Positions 37,871 through 47,532 of a DNA stretch of 64,000 nucleotides are shown here, piece by piece (position 1 is the first letter of the stretch; every line of letters starts with the position of its first letter). The position numbers and the translations under genes are program-made. The notes under the pieces were generated by a model. That model worked only from the letters and a program-made list of their open reading frames with translations. It did not search any database and was not told the DNA's origin. The stretch comes from an uncultured bacterium. GTDB lineage: Bacteria; Verrucomicrobiota; Kiritimatiellia; CAIKKV01; CAITUY01. The stretch covers positions 2,394 through 66,393 of the forward strand of contig CAJBSZ010000008.1 in NCBI GenBank assembly GCA_903958395.1, given 5' to 3'.

Positions 37871-38034
37871 AGAATCGGCCTGTGTCAGGTCGTGCGGGAC
37901 TCTAGTTCAGGGCTGGGTCAGACTCAATCAAAAAACAACAGTTGAAGAGGATTTTGAAAAGTGTATTCTCATCGGCTGTTGAATCGGGCTGTCTTCTTGA
38001 CGGGTCAAAGTTTGTTTGATACCAAGGTGAAAAC

Positions 38035-40875
38035 ATGCTGACGAAAAAAAACGGTATATCGGGACTTTCGGCGGGGATAGTCTTGCTATTGGGCGTGATG
38101 TCGGGGGCGGGGCTTCCTCTTTCCGTTCTGGCGGATGAGCAGGCCGATATCCAGGCGGAATTGCAGTTTGCTTCCGAACTGATCAAGTGGCGCTTTCCGG
38201 ATTATGCCCAGAAAGCCATGGATCGGCTGTTGATCCGGTATCCCGCTGCGAAGGCTGAGGCGGCCAAGGTTCGCGTGGAAGTGCTCACCTCGCGCGGAAA
38301 ATTCGACGAAGCCGAGGCTCTGTTGAAGACCATGCCGGCGGGCACCCCGGAGACGATGGTCGTCCAACTTGCCATCGCCGACCAGTATTATGCCTGGCAG
38401 AAGATGAAAGATGCCGAGCGCGTCTACCAGGATTTCTTCAAGCAGTTTCCCAAAGGCCCCCCGGAGAACGTGGCACGGTTTTACGGGGAGTCGGCCTACA
38501 AATTCTCCCAGATGTTGCTTCTGAGCGGCGATTTGAAGGGGGGGTTGGAGGCGTATCGCCGGGTGCTGACCTGTCCCCTGAACTCTCCTGAAATTGAACG
38601 CCGCGTGAAAACCGAAATGGCCGAGCTCTGCCTGCGCGTAGCGCAGCTCCCCGCCACGACGGCGCCCGAGAAGAAGACGATCCTGGCGGAGGCTGAAAAG
38701 TTGTGCCAGGAGGTCCAGTGGAAGGGAACGGATTTGTGGTTTGCCAAGACGGTGGTGATTCTGGCACATGTCCGCATGCTTAACGGGGACAGGGCGGGGG
38801 CCCGTCGGGCGATCACGGATTATCTGCCCATGCTCATGGATGTGGATAAAATGCTGCGTGATGCCAAGGAGAACATGAAGCTCAGTCCGATGGCGGAATG
38901 CAAGTTCCTGCTGGGGACCCTTTATGAAGATGAGGGGCGTGAGGTGGTCAAGGTCAAGGCCCAGGAGGCGGATGGCATCAAGATGCTGGCGCAGGCGATG
39001 TCACAATTGTATTCGGTGGCCAAGAATTATCCCGGGAGCAGCTGGGCGCCCGAGGCGCGCCGCCGGGCCGACGCCATTGTGGATATGCTGGTGAAGGACA
39101 TGGGCAAGAAGGTGGTCAAGCCCGAGTTTGACAACACCCAGATGGTGACAGAACAGTTGAAGGAGGCTCATCTTCTTTTCCAACAGCAGGATTTCAAGAA
39201 CGCGGCTGAAAAATATGTGGATATCCTCAACATTACGGATGCCTTCAAGGGGGCGCCCGGGGCGGTGAGTGAGCTGGCCCGAAGCTATGTGGAGCTCCAG
39301 GACGAACCCTATGCCCGGGCGATGACCGAATTCCTGGCGGAACGGTTTAGCCAGACCACCAACCAGTATGAGGAGGCGGGAAATGCCTTGCTGGCGGTGG
39401 CGTCGGCCTATGATGACCGCCGCGCCTGGTTGAAGTCTGATTCGGTCTATCAGCTCTATTACCAGCGTTATCCGAATCATACTAAAGTCCCGTCCATTCT
39501 TTTCCGGCAGGGTGAGACGGCGCTGCGGGCGACCAACACCGTGGAGGCCTTGCAAAATTTCCAGAGAATTGTGGAAGACTATCCGAGAGCGCGGGTTTAT
39601 CCCGATGCGCTGAGCCGGCAGGCTTACTGTTTATCCATGCAGGGTGACCACACCAACGCCGTGCCGGTTCTGACCAATTATATTGCCCAGTTGTCTGCGG
39701 GAGTGGAGGTGCTGTCCGCGCGCCTGAGGCTTGCGGATGAATACCGGTCCGCCGGCATGACGGTTTCGGCTCTGAATGAGTATGCCCGCCTGCTGAAGCA
39801 GATCACCCAGGAGGGGGTGTCCTTGGGGGGAACTCCCGAGGATGCCACCCGGGTGAAAAAGATTGCGGAACTGGCTCTCTATTCCAAGGCCCAGTGTTAT
39901 ACCCGGCTTCGGGAACCGGCCAATCAGGTTCCCCTGTATCAGGCCAAGGCCATTGAGGGGTATGAGTTGTTCCTGAAGGAGTATCCCAAATCCGAGTTTG
40001 CGCCGTCGATTTTGGGCGCGATGGGAACCCTGTATTACCTGTTGAACAAGCCGGATGAGGCGGGGAAGACGTTTGACCGCCTGGCCAAGAACTATCCGGA
40101 GAGCCAGCAGGCGTTGAACATGGTTTTTGTGCGCGCGGATTCGCTCATGAATATGGGGGAGAAGGCCAAGGCCGTGACGGTGTATGCGGAGATGGCCAAG
40201 ACCCCGCAACTGTTCAATGCCTCCCAGTTCCTGCGGGCGGGGCGGGTGCTGTTGGATGCCCAGGAGTTTGAAACGGCCATACTTTTGCTCTCAGAAGCCC
40301 GAAAATCCAAGGATGTGCCGATCTGGCAGGGGGCGACAGTGGCGCTTGGGTGGGCATTGGCCGGTGCCGGGAAGTATGAGGAGTCCGTCAAGGTTTTTGA
40401 AGATTTTCTTGGAAAATACCAGAAATCTGGCTACGTGATCGATGTCAACCTGGCCCTCAGCCGGTGTTATGCGGAACTCGCCAAGAAGGCCTCGGATCCC
40501 CAGCAATCGAAGGATTTGTTCAGCAAGGCGTTTTCCGCCATGGGCAAGGTGCGCCAGTATTCGCGCGAGCCGGATATGATGGTCAAGGCGGATATTGAAA
40601 TGGCGGGCATTCAGGTATTGATGGGCGACAAGATGGGTGCCTTGGCCTCCTACCAGAGAATCCTGTTATTCGTGGATCCCTCCAATGTCAAAGTACGTCC
40701 CCATGTTGAAACGGCCTTTGATCGGAGTCTCCCGCTGTTCCGTGAAACCGGAAAGATCGATGGCCTGCAGGAAGCCTGCGAAACCTACATAAAGCAGTTC
40801 CCGCAGGGGCAGTTTATTGCGAAGGCGCGTCAGGGCCGCGACGAGGCGAAGGCCAAGCTAGCGTCGGGCCGGTAA
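38035..40875 (+). CDS. Large secreted tetratricopeptide-repeat protein (946 aa)
   Basis: Signal peptide GLSAGIVLLLGVMSGAGLPLSVLA, then many TPR-like helical pairs over the whole length. Confidence 0.7.
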   Translation: MLTKKNGISGLSAGIVLLLGVMSGAGLPLSVLADEQADIQAELQFASELIKWRFPDYAQKAMDRLLIRYPAAKAEAAKVRVEVLTSRGKFDEAEALLKTMPAGTPETMVVQLAIADQYYAWQKMKDAERVYQDFFKQFPKGPPENVARFYGESAYKFSQMLLLSGDLKGGLEAYRRVLTCPLNSPEIERRVKTEMAELCLRVAQLPATTAPEKKTILAEAEKLCQEVQWKGTDLWFAKTVVILAHVRMLNGDRAGARRAITDYLPMLMDVDKMLRDAKENMKLSPMAECKFLLGTLYEDEGREVVKVKAQEADGIKMLAQAMSQLYSVAKNYPGSSWAPEARRRADAIVDMLVKDMGKKVVKPEFDNTQMVTEQLKEAHLLFQQQDFKNAAEKYVDILNITDAFKGAPGAVSELARSYVELQDEPYARAMTEFLAERFSQTTNQYEEAGNALLAVASAYDDRRAWLKSDSVYQLYYQRYPNHTKVPSILFRQGETALRATNTVEALQNFQRIVEDYPRARVYPDALSRQAYCLSMQGDHTNAVPVLTNYIAQLSAGVEVLSARLRLADEYRSAGMTVSALNEYARLLKQITQEGVSLGGTPEDATRVKKIAELALYSKAQCYTRLREPANQVPLYQAKAIEGYELFLKEYPKSEFAPSILGAMGTLYYLLNKPDEAGKTFDRLAKNYPESQQALNMVFVRADSLMNMGEKAKAVTVYAEMAKTPQLFNASQFLRAGRVLLDAQEFETAILLLSEARKSKDVPIWQGATVALGWALAGAGKYEESVKVFEDFLGKYQKSGYVIDVNLALSRCYAELAKKASDPQQSKDLFSKAFSAMGKVRQYSREPDMMVKADIEMAGIQVLMGDKMGALASYQRILLFVDPSNVKVRPHVETAFDRSLPLFRETGKIDGLQEACETYIKQFPQGQFIAKARQGRDEAKAKLASGR

Positions 40876-40891
40876 TAAGGATGAACGAAAC

Positions 40892-41680
40892 ATGAACCGC
40901 AAGATCGTGATTGCTCTGGCTCTGGTGATGGGGGCCCTGGTGATATCCGCCCGGGTCGCCCCGGCCGAAATTTTGAGGAAAACGGATGGCAAGGAGCTGG
41001 CCGGAGTCCGGATCAAGTGGTTTGAGGTCCGGCGCGAATATCAGGTTGAAGGCGCTGATGGCTCCATGATCCCGGTTTCGGTCGACGAGGTGGATTCACT
41101 CGAGATTACCAAGCCGGCCGAATTTGACAAGGCTGCCCAAGCCATTGCCGCGCGCCAGTATGATGCGGCCATTCCGATCCTCGAGGATCTGACGATCCGG
41201 TATAAGCGGTTGCAGTGGGATGCCCGGGCGGGTGAACTACTGGCCAATGCCTATTTTGCGAAGACGGATTTCAAGAAGGCGGCTCAGGTCATGGGAGATC
41301 TCATGGAGAGTACCCCCAGGGGCCAGATCACGGATGAGCAGTACGGTTTGTATTGGACCGCCCTGATGGGGGCGCAAATGACGGCGGTGCTGAAGAAGCA
41401 GTTGAACGAGGCCATCGCGGGGGATTCCAAGACCCTGGCCGCGCTGGCGATTGTCAGGCGCGGTGACTTGAACAAGGCGGACGGGAAACGTGAAGATGCG
41501 ATTTTGGATTACCTTCGGGCTGTTTTGCTGTATGAGGAAGCGCGCGGAGTTCATCCTGAGGCGCTTTTCAAAGCCGTGCAGGTGCTGGATGAAATGCGGG
41601 ATCCGCGTGCCGATGAGCTGAAGAAGAAACTGTTGTCGCTGTATCCGGACAGCCCTTATGCAAGGAAGCTGGGCGGATGA
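40892..41680 (+). CDS. Secreted TPR-like periplasmic protein
   Basis: Signal peptide MNRKIVIALALVMGALVISARVAPA. C-terminal TPR-like helices. 16-nt gap from the upstream TPR gene. Confidence 0.55.
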   Translation: MNRKIVIALALVMGALVISARVAPAEILRKTDGKELAGVRIKWFEVRREYQVEGADGSMIPVSVDEVDSLEITKPAEFDKAAQAIAARQYDAAIPILEDLTIRYKRLQWDARAGELLANAYFAKTDFKKAAQVMGDLMESTPRGQITDEQYGLYWTALMGAQMTAVLKKQLNEAIAGDSKTLAALAIVRRGDLNKADGKREDAILDYLRAVLLYEEARGVHPEALFKAVQVLDEMRDPRADELKKKLLSLYPDSPYARKLGG

Positions 41681-41727
41681 GGGATTGTGGGATTGATTAT
41701 TAAAGATAACGAAGCAAGGAGAAACGG

Positions 41728-42594
41728 GTGATGAAAAAAGCGTTCTGGATGGGATTGGTTGTGGTGGTTTTCAGCATGATCGTGTCGGCCCAGTGGGCCA
41801 AGGCGGCGGATCCGGCTCCTGCGGCGGCGGCTGGCGGAGCGGCGGCGGTGGCAAGCGCGCCTGCGCCTGCGCCTGCGCCTGCGGCGGCGGCGGGCGGCTT
41901 GGAATTGGATAAGGCCGAGGCCGAGGGCGCCAAAAAGGGCGGCCATGGGGGCGGCGGCTTTCTGGCAATCGTTCTGAATGCCGGCTGGTTCGGTATGGTC
42001 ATCTGGCTGATGCTAATTGCCTGTTCAGTCGTCAGTGTCGCATTGATTGTGGACTCCTTCATCAACATCAAGGATGCCAAGATCATGCCTCCGGATCTGA
42101 TCAGCAATGTCCGGACCGCCATGGAGCAGGGAGACCTGATGAAGGCGATTCAGCATTGCGACAGTACGCCGGGCCAGTTGGCGAACATTCTTAAAGCCGG
42201 GTTTGCGCAGGTTGAGGAAGGGTATGAGGTGGTTCAGGATGCCGTGAGCGTGGCGGCCGACTTGGAGACCGAAAAGTTGCTCAGTCGCGTCACCTATCTG
42301 AGCGTTATCGCGAACACAACGCCGATGCTGGGACTGATCGGAACGGTGCAGGGAATGATCTTCGCCTTCCTGACCCTGGGTACGATGGAGGCGGGCGCCG
42401 CGCAGTCGGCCATGCTGGCCGTCAACATTTCGCACGGGTTGTGGGCCACGGCCATCGGTCTGGGAACCGCCGTGCCGGCGACGATCTTCTTCTATTATTT
42501 CAAGAATCGGTCCATGAGCAGCATTCTGCGGATGGAAGCCCTGACGCTCGACATGATCAAGTCGCTGCGTAATGTCGAAGTCGTCGCGGAATAA
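41728..42594 (+). CDS. exbB: MotA/TolQ/ExbB-family proton channel with signal peptide and Ala/Pro-rich N-terminal extension
   Basis: RBS aaggag. Signal peptide, then an AP-rich low-complexity region. TM core with LSVIANTTPMLGLIGTVQGMIFAF, as in TolQ/ExbB. Confidence 0.8.
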   Translation: MMKKAFWMGLVVVVFSMIVSAQWAKAADPAPAAAAGGAAAVASAPAPAPAPAAAAGGLELDKAEAEGAKKGGHGGGGFLAIVLNAGWFGMVIWLMLIACSVVSVALIVDSFINIKDAKIMPPDLISNVRTAMEQGDLMKAIQHCDSTPGQLANILKAGFAQVEEGYEVVQDAVSVAADLETEKLLSRVTYLSVIANTTPMLGLIGTVQGMIFAFLTLGTMEAGAAQSAMLAVNISHGLWATAIGLGTAVPATIFFYYFKNRSMSSILRMEALTLDMIKSLRNVEVVAE

Positions 42595-42614
42595 TCATCC
42601 GGAGAGTTCCTCGT

Positions 42615-43034
42615 ATGAAGGAAAAAAGAGAAGAAGAAGCGCTGAACGGCAATCTGACCGCCATGATCGACGTGGTGTTCCAGTTGATCATTTTCTTTGT
42701 CTGTACCGTCAATATGCAGGAAAAGGCGATTGACGACCGGATCAAGCTCGCCATGGCCCCGAACGGTAAGGTGAGTAACACCAAAAATCCGTACGAGGTC
42801 AAGGTGGATGTCAGCGATAATGGACTCGTGTCCATTGCGCGAACGGCGATGCCGGTTCAGATGCTGACTACCATCCTGAGGAAAGCGAGACTGGATGCGC
42901 GGGGAAATGAAGTCCCTGTTCTGATTCGGGCCGATGCCCGGGTGAAGCATGAGACCGTTCGGAAGGTCATGGATGCCTGTACGGCGGCCGGACTCTACAA
43001 AATTAAGTTTACGGCGCTGAAGGAAAGAGCCTAG
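42615..43034 (+). CDS. exbD: ExbD/TolR-family protein (copy 1)
   Basis: NLTAMIDVVFQLIIFFVCT TM anchor and a periplasmic domain. Confidence 0.8.
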   Translation: MKEKREEEALNGNLTAMIDVVFQLIIFFVCTVNMQEKAIDDRIKLAMAPNGKVSNTKNPYEVKVDVSDNGLVSIARTAMPVQMLTTILRKARLDARGNEVPVLIRADARVKHETVRKVMDACTAAGLYKIKFTALKERA

Positions 43035-43047
43035 GCCGGAGGATAAC

Positions 43048-43461
43048 ATGGCTAGAAAAAGACGGCGAAGTACGTTTACCGCGGGGGAACTGAACCTGAC
43101 GGCCATGATCGACGTGGCGTTTCAGCTGCTTAGTTTCTTCCTGGTCTCGGCCCATCCGGTGGATGTGTTGACCAATCTGGATGTTTTCCGGCCCCAGGCG
43201 GAAAAGCCATCCCAGCAGGAGTCACAGGCGAAAATCATCCGGGTTACAGTTTTTCCGGACGGTTTTACTATCAATGACCGCGGGGTAGACAGTCGACAGT
43301 TGACGAGCCTGCTCGGAAAGCTGGCGGATCTTGATAAGACGCAAACCGTTCTGATTCAATGTACAAACGAGTCGCCGCATGGAAAGCTGATCGAGCTTTT
43401 GGATATTTGCTCCAAACTCGGATTAGTCAACCTGTCCGTGGTTAGTTCCGGCGGCGCCTAG
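43048..43461 (+). CDS. exbD: ExbD/TolR-family protein (copy 2)
   Basis: LNLTAMIDVAFQLLSFFLVSA TM anchor. Confidence 0.8.
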   Translation: MARKRRRSTFTAGELNLTAMIDVAFQLLSFFLVSAHPVDVLTNLDVFRPQAEKPSQQESQAKIIRVTVFPDGFTINDRGVDSRQLTSLLGKLADLDKTQTVLIQCTNESPHGKLIELLDICSKLGLVNLSVVSSGGA

Positions 43462-43536
43462 AGTATTTTGTAATATCTCGGGATTGTGCGGTAATACGAA
43501 GTGTTGTTCTGAGAATCCGATTTCAGGGACTCTGAC

Positions 43537-45048
43537 ATGAATATTGATTACGATAAATTGATGTTTACGTTGAAAAAGCATGCATGGGGGCCTGTTGGCT
43601 CTGTGTTTTTTCATGTTTTGGGACTGGTTCTCCTGATTCAATTCTCAGTCGGTGTCTCGACTGAAAAGGCGCCCGAGGTTGAAGTGACGATGATGGAGAC
43701 CAAGGCGGAAGTCCTGGAGAAGGTGGAAGAGGTCGTGAAGCAGGAGTTGGAGAAGCCGCCGGAGCAGGAGGTGGTTTCCGACCGTCCGACGGATGCGACA
43801 GTCAGCACCATGGAAGTTCCCTCGGATGCACCGGGAAGCGGGCTTGGCAATTCGGATGGTGCGGGAATTGGTAGCGGCGATCCGTCGCTGGCGGCTGGAT
43901 TTGAAATTGCCATGGCGAAAAGTCCCCTCGTGATGAGGGGGCTGTACGCCCAGCGGACGGCCGGCGGGCGCAAGGGTGCCTTGAGCGCGTTCGGAGGCTC
44001 CGGTCGAGGGGAAGATGCCGTGATGCGGGCGTTGCGGTGGCTGAAGGAGAAGCAGGATGCCGATGGGTCATGGGTGAAAGCGGATGGTAATCCGGGACCG
44101 GCCATGGCAGGACTGGCGCTTCTGTGTTTCCTGGCTCACGGTGAAACTCCCGCCTCGCCCGAGTTCGGTGCCACTGTTGAAAAGGCCATGAAGTATATTG
44201 TGAGCAAGCAAAATGCTAAAGGAAGCTTTTCCGGGAATCCCTATGAGCATGGGATTTGTACCTATGCTATTGCGGAAGGCTTCGGGCTGACCAAGATCAT
44301 GGCGCTGAAAGAGGCCATGGAAAAGGGGATTCAGGTGGTCATTGACGGGCAGCAGACGGGCGGGGGATATAATTATAATTACGAAAAAAAGGAACGGTGG
44401 GACTTGTCCGTAGCCGGGTGGCAGTTTCAGGCGATGAAGGCGGCGAAAATGGCGGGAAGTTCCAACCCCAGGCTGGAGGATGCGATTGCCAGCGGCATTA
44501 AATTTTTAAGGAATACAGCCCATCAGCCTACGAAGGGGTTTGGATATGCCAGCCCGAGTTCATCGCCCTCCATGACTGGTGCCGGAACCTTGTGTCTCCA
44601 GTTGCTCGGTAAACCGGACTGTCCTGAGGTGCGGAGCGGGCTGAAGTGGATGGAGGAGACAAAGAGTCCGGTATTTGATGTGACTTGGGCGAAAGAGGAT
44701 GCGACGCCAGCGCCTGCCGCGGACAAGGGCAAAGCAGCTCCAAAAGCCGGGGCGAAAAATCCGGTTTATGCTTGGTACTATATTACTCAGGCGAAGTTCC
44801 AAAAGGGCGAATCGGACTGGAAGGAATGGAATCCGAAATTTACAACCGCGCTGATCCGAAACCAGATTGTCGAGGGTAAACTGGGGCATTGGGAGGGCGG
44901 GGATCACGGAGCGAAGGTTTATACCACCGCGCTTTGCACCTTGATGCTGGAAGTTTATTACCGTTACCTGCCGACCTTCAAGCATGTTGAGGTGGCCGCT
45001 CCCGCCGCCGCCGTCAAATCCGATGACGTTGTTGTGGATGTGAAGTAG
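43537..45048 (+). CDS. TonB-position protein: N-terminal TM anchor plus Glu/Pro/Val-rich spacer plus squalene-cyclase/prenyltransferase-like (QW-motif) alpha/alpha-toroid domain
   Basis: TM helix VGSVFFHVLGLVLLIQF. Charged spacer EKAPEVEVTMMETKAEVLEKVEEVVKQELEKPPEQEV. QW-like repeats LRWLKEKQDADGSW, KYIVSKQNAKGSF and IQVVIDGQQTGGGY. No TonB C-terminal domain. Confidence 0.6.
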   Translation: MNIDYDKLMFTLKKHAWGPVGSVFFHVLGLVLLIQFSVGVSTEKAPEVEVTMMETKAEVLEKVEEVVKQELEKPPEQEVVSDRPTDATVSTMEVPSDAPGSGLGNSDGAGIGSGDPSLAAGFEIAMAKSPLVMRGLYAQRTAGGRKGALSAFGGSGRGEDAVMRALRWLKEKQDADGSWVKADGNPGPAMAGLALLCFLAHGETPASPEFGATVEKAMKYIVSKQNAKGSFSGNPYEHGICTYAIAEGFGLTKIMALKEAMEKGIQVVIDGQQTGGGYNYNYEKKERWDLSVAGWQFQAMKAAKMAGSSNPRLEDAIASGIKFLRNTAHQPTKGFGYASPSSSPSMTGAGTLCLQLLGKPDCPEVRSGLKWMEETKSPVFDVTWAKEDATPAPAADKGKAAPKAGAKNPVYAWYYITQAKFQKGESDWKEWNPKFTTALIRNQIVEGKLGHWEGGDHGAKVYTTALCTLMLEVYYRYLPTFKHVEVAAPAAAVKSDDVVVDVK

Positions 45049-45054
45049 CGCCGG

Positions 45055-46842
45055 ATGAGCGAGGGCGGTCACATTCGACTTCTTCCCGCCGATGTGGCGA
45101 ACAAAATCGCGGCGGGGGAAGTGGTCGAGAGACCCGCCTCAGTGCTCAAGGAAATCCTCGAAAACGCCATTGATGCCGGTGCCTCCCAGATTGATGTGGA
45201 GGCCGTCGCGGGAGGAACCCGGCTGGTGTCGGTGTCGGACAATGGCTCAGGGATGAATCGTGACGATGCGTTGCTGTCCATTGAGCGGCATGCCACCAGC
45301 AAGATTCACACGGCCGCCGACATCGAACACATTCATACGCTGGGCTTCCGGGGGGAGGCGTTGGCGGCCATTTCATCTGTCTCACGCTTCCGTATCCGAA
45401 CGCGGTGTCATGATGAATTGGCCGGCACGGAACTGGTGGTCAGCGGCGGCAAGTTGTTGGATGTGAAGGATGCCGGGTGTCCACCGGGAACGATCCTTGA
45501 AATCCGCGATCTATTCTTCAATCTTCCCGCCCGCCGCAAGTTTTTAAGGTCACCCCAGACCGAAACCACCCATATCCGGCAGATGTTCCTGTTGCAGGCC
45601 TTGGCCTGGCCTGCTGTGGGAATGAGCCTGACTCTGGATGGCCGGAAGTCGTGGGCTCTGGCACCCGGTGCCACGCCCCTGGAGCGGATCCGGGAGCTTT
45701 TCGGGCAGGCTCTGATTGACGGGCTCCGGCCCTTGGAACAGGGGCGAGGTGATATTAAACTGTCGGGATATGTAAGCCTGCCCGCACTGACCCGGGGGGA
45801 TCGTACGGAACAGTATGTGTTTGTCAATGGACGGCCTGCGTCGGCCCCGGTGATCGGGTATGCGATCAACGAGGCGTTTCATTCGCTGATTCCGGCCGGT
45901 CGGCATCCCTATATTTTCATGTATCTTGACCTCGAGCCCGGCCTGGTGGATGTGAATGTCCACCCGACGAAGAAGGAGGTTCGATTCAGGCGTTCCTCGG
46001 ATGTGCGCGATGCGATCATTGGCGCGATCCGGAACGCCCTGGCGAAGTCCGGAGCCGCCTTTGTGGCGGGTCAGACTCCGATCCCGGAACCGGTGCCCCC
46101 GATGCCGGCGGCGGTTACCCCGCTTCTAAAAATCGATGATCTCCCGGCATCGCGTGTGTTTTCCTATCCCCGGCTGCCCCCGATTGAGCCCCGTCCGGTA
46201 ACGGTCGAGTCACGCGCCGCCCAAAAGCCGGGGGACGTCGTGAAGGCGGCCCCGAAGGCGCCCTGGACGTGGTGCCGGGTGGTGGGGCAGATCAATGGCC
46301 TGTATGTGTTGCTGGAGACGGAGGATGGTTTTGTGGTGATGGATCCCCACGCGGCGCATGAACGGGTGCTGTTCGAGAAACTGCTGAATGCGGTTGAGCA
46401 CGGCCAGGTCGAGAGTCAGGGCCTGTTGGTTCCCGAGACAGTTGAACTTCAGCCGCGGGATGCCTTGTATGTCCGGAAGAATATCGAATTGATCAAGACG
46501 CTCGGGGTTGGGGTTTCTGAGTTCGGGGGCGACACGTTTGTGGTGGACGCCCTGCCCCGGGGCATGGACGGCCTCGGTATCAAGGACATGCTGATTGATG
46601 TCGCCCGTCATCTGGAGACCTTGGGGGAGCGGGGCAGCCACAGCCGGTGGCGCGAGGAGGCGATAGCCCAGGCGGCCTGTAAGGCGGCGGTGAAGGCGCG
46701 CGACCGGCTGAGCCTGTCCGAGGTGGAGCAGCTGGTCATAGCCCTGGCTTCTGCAGAAATGCCCTACACCTGCCCGCATGGCCGGCCGACGTTGATTTAC
46801 ACTTCATTCAGGGAACTGGATCGTAAGTTCGGTCGCGAATAA
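45055..46842 (+). CDS. mutL: DNA mismatch repair protein MutL
   Basis: IRLLPADVANKIAAGEVVERPASVLKEILENAIDAGA...HTLGFRGEALAAI, and a C-terminal dimerisation domain. Confidence 0.9.
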   Translation: MSEGGHIRLLPADVANKIAAGEVVERPASVLKEILENAIDAGASQIDVEAVAGGTRLVSVSDNGSGMNRDDALLSIERHATSKIHTAADIEHIHTLGFRGEALAAISSVSRFRIRTRCHDELAGTELVVSGGKLLDVKDAGCPPGTILEIRDLFFNLPARRKFLRSPQTETTHIRQMFLLQALAWPAVGMSLTLDGRKSWALAPGATPLERIRELFGQALIDGLRPLEQGRGDIKLSGYVSLPALTRGDRTEQYVFVNGRPASAPVIGYAINEAFHSLIPAGRHPYIFMYLDLEPGLVDVNVHPTKKEVRFRRSSDVRDAIIGAIRNALAKSGAAFVAGQTPIPEPVPPMPAAVTPLLKIDDLPASRVFSYPRLPPIEPRPVTVESRAAQKPGDVVKAAPKAPWTWCRVVGQINGLYVLLETEDGFVVMDPHAAHERVLFEKLLNAVEHGQVESQGLLVPETVELQPRDALYVRKNIELIKTLGVGVSEFGGDTFVVDALPRGMDGLGIKDMLIDVARHLETLGERGSHSRWREEAIAQAACKAAVKARDRLSLSEVEQLVIALASAEMPYTCPHGRPTLIYTSFRELDRKFGRE

Positions 46843-46902
46843 ACTGGACTTTGGATCGTCAAGGCGTAATCAATATCCGCTTGTTTTCAAGGGAGAGTTC
46901 GG

Positions 46903-47532
46903 ATGAATAATGTCACGATAACCGATATGATCATGCAGGGTTGGCCGGTGCTGTCGATCCTGTTGCTGATGTCTATTTTTTCCATCACCATTATTGTGGA
47001 TCGCGTGCGGTTGATCCGCCGGTATCAGGTAAACGCACGGTCGTTCATGGCGCGACTGCTCCGGATTCTGGCGGAGCAGGGAAAGCCCCAGGCGGTGGAG
47101 TTCTGCAGGAAATATGAATTTCCAATCGCCGCAGTATCCCTCGAAATTCTGACACAGCAGGGGGGGCGGGCGGCCAAGGAGCGGGCGATGGAGCATGCGA
47201 TGCAGGCTCAGGTCCGGAAGCTGGAGGCCATGGTTCCGGTTTTGGGAACCGTCGCGGGAACGGCGCCTTTTGTAGGGCTGTTCGGGACGGTGGTCGGTAT
47301 CATCAAGGCGTTCGCCAGTATTGCAGCCAACGCAGGCGGAGGGCCGGAAGTGGTGTCCGCCGGCATTGCCGAGGCGTTGATCACCACAGCCTGCGGCCTG
47401 GTGGTCGCGATTCCCGCCCTGATTGGCTACAACTATTGCATCCATATGTCCGAGGTGCTCATGACGGATGTCGAGCTTTCGGTCTATGATCTGGTGGAGA
47501 CGGTCTGCAAGGACGAGGGACCCGCGGCATGA
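46903..47532 (+). CDS. MotA/TolQ/ExbB-family proton channel (second motor)
   Basis: GWPVLSILLLMSIFSITIIV...VPVLGTVAGTAPFVGLFGTVVGIIKAF. Confidence 0.75.
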   Translation: MNNVTITDMIMQGWPVLSILLLMSIFSITIIVDRVRLIRRYQVNARSFMARLLRILAEQGKPQAVEFCRKYEFPIAAVSLEILTQQGGRAAKERAMEHAMQAQVRKLEAMVPVLGTVAGTAPFVGLFGTVVGIIKAFASIAANAGGGPEVVSAGIAEALITTACGLVVAIPALIGYNYCIHMSEVLMTDVELSVYDLVETVCKDEGPAA

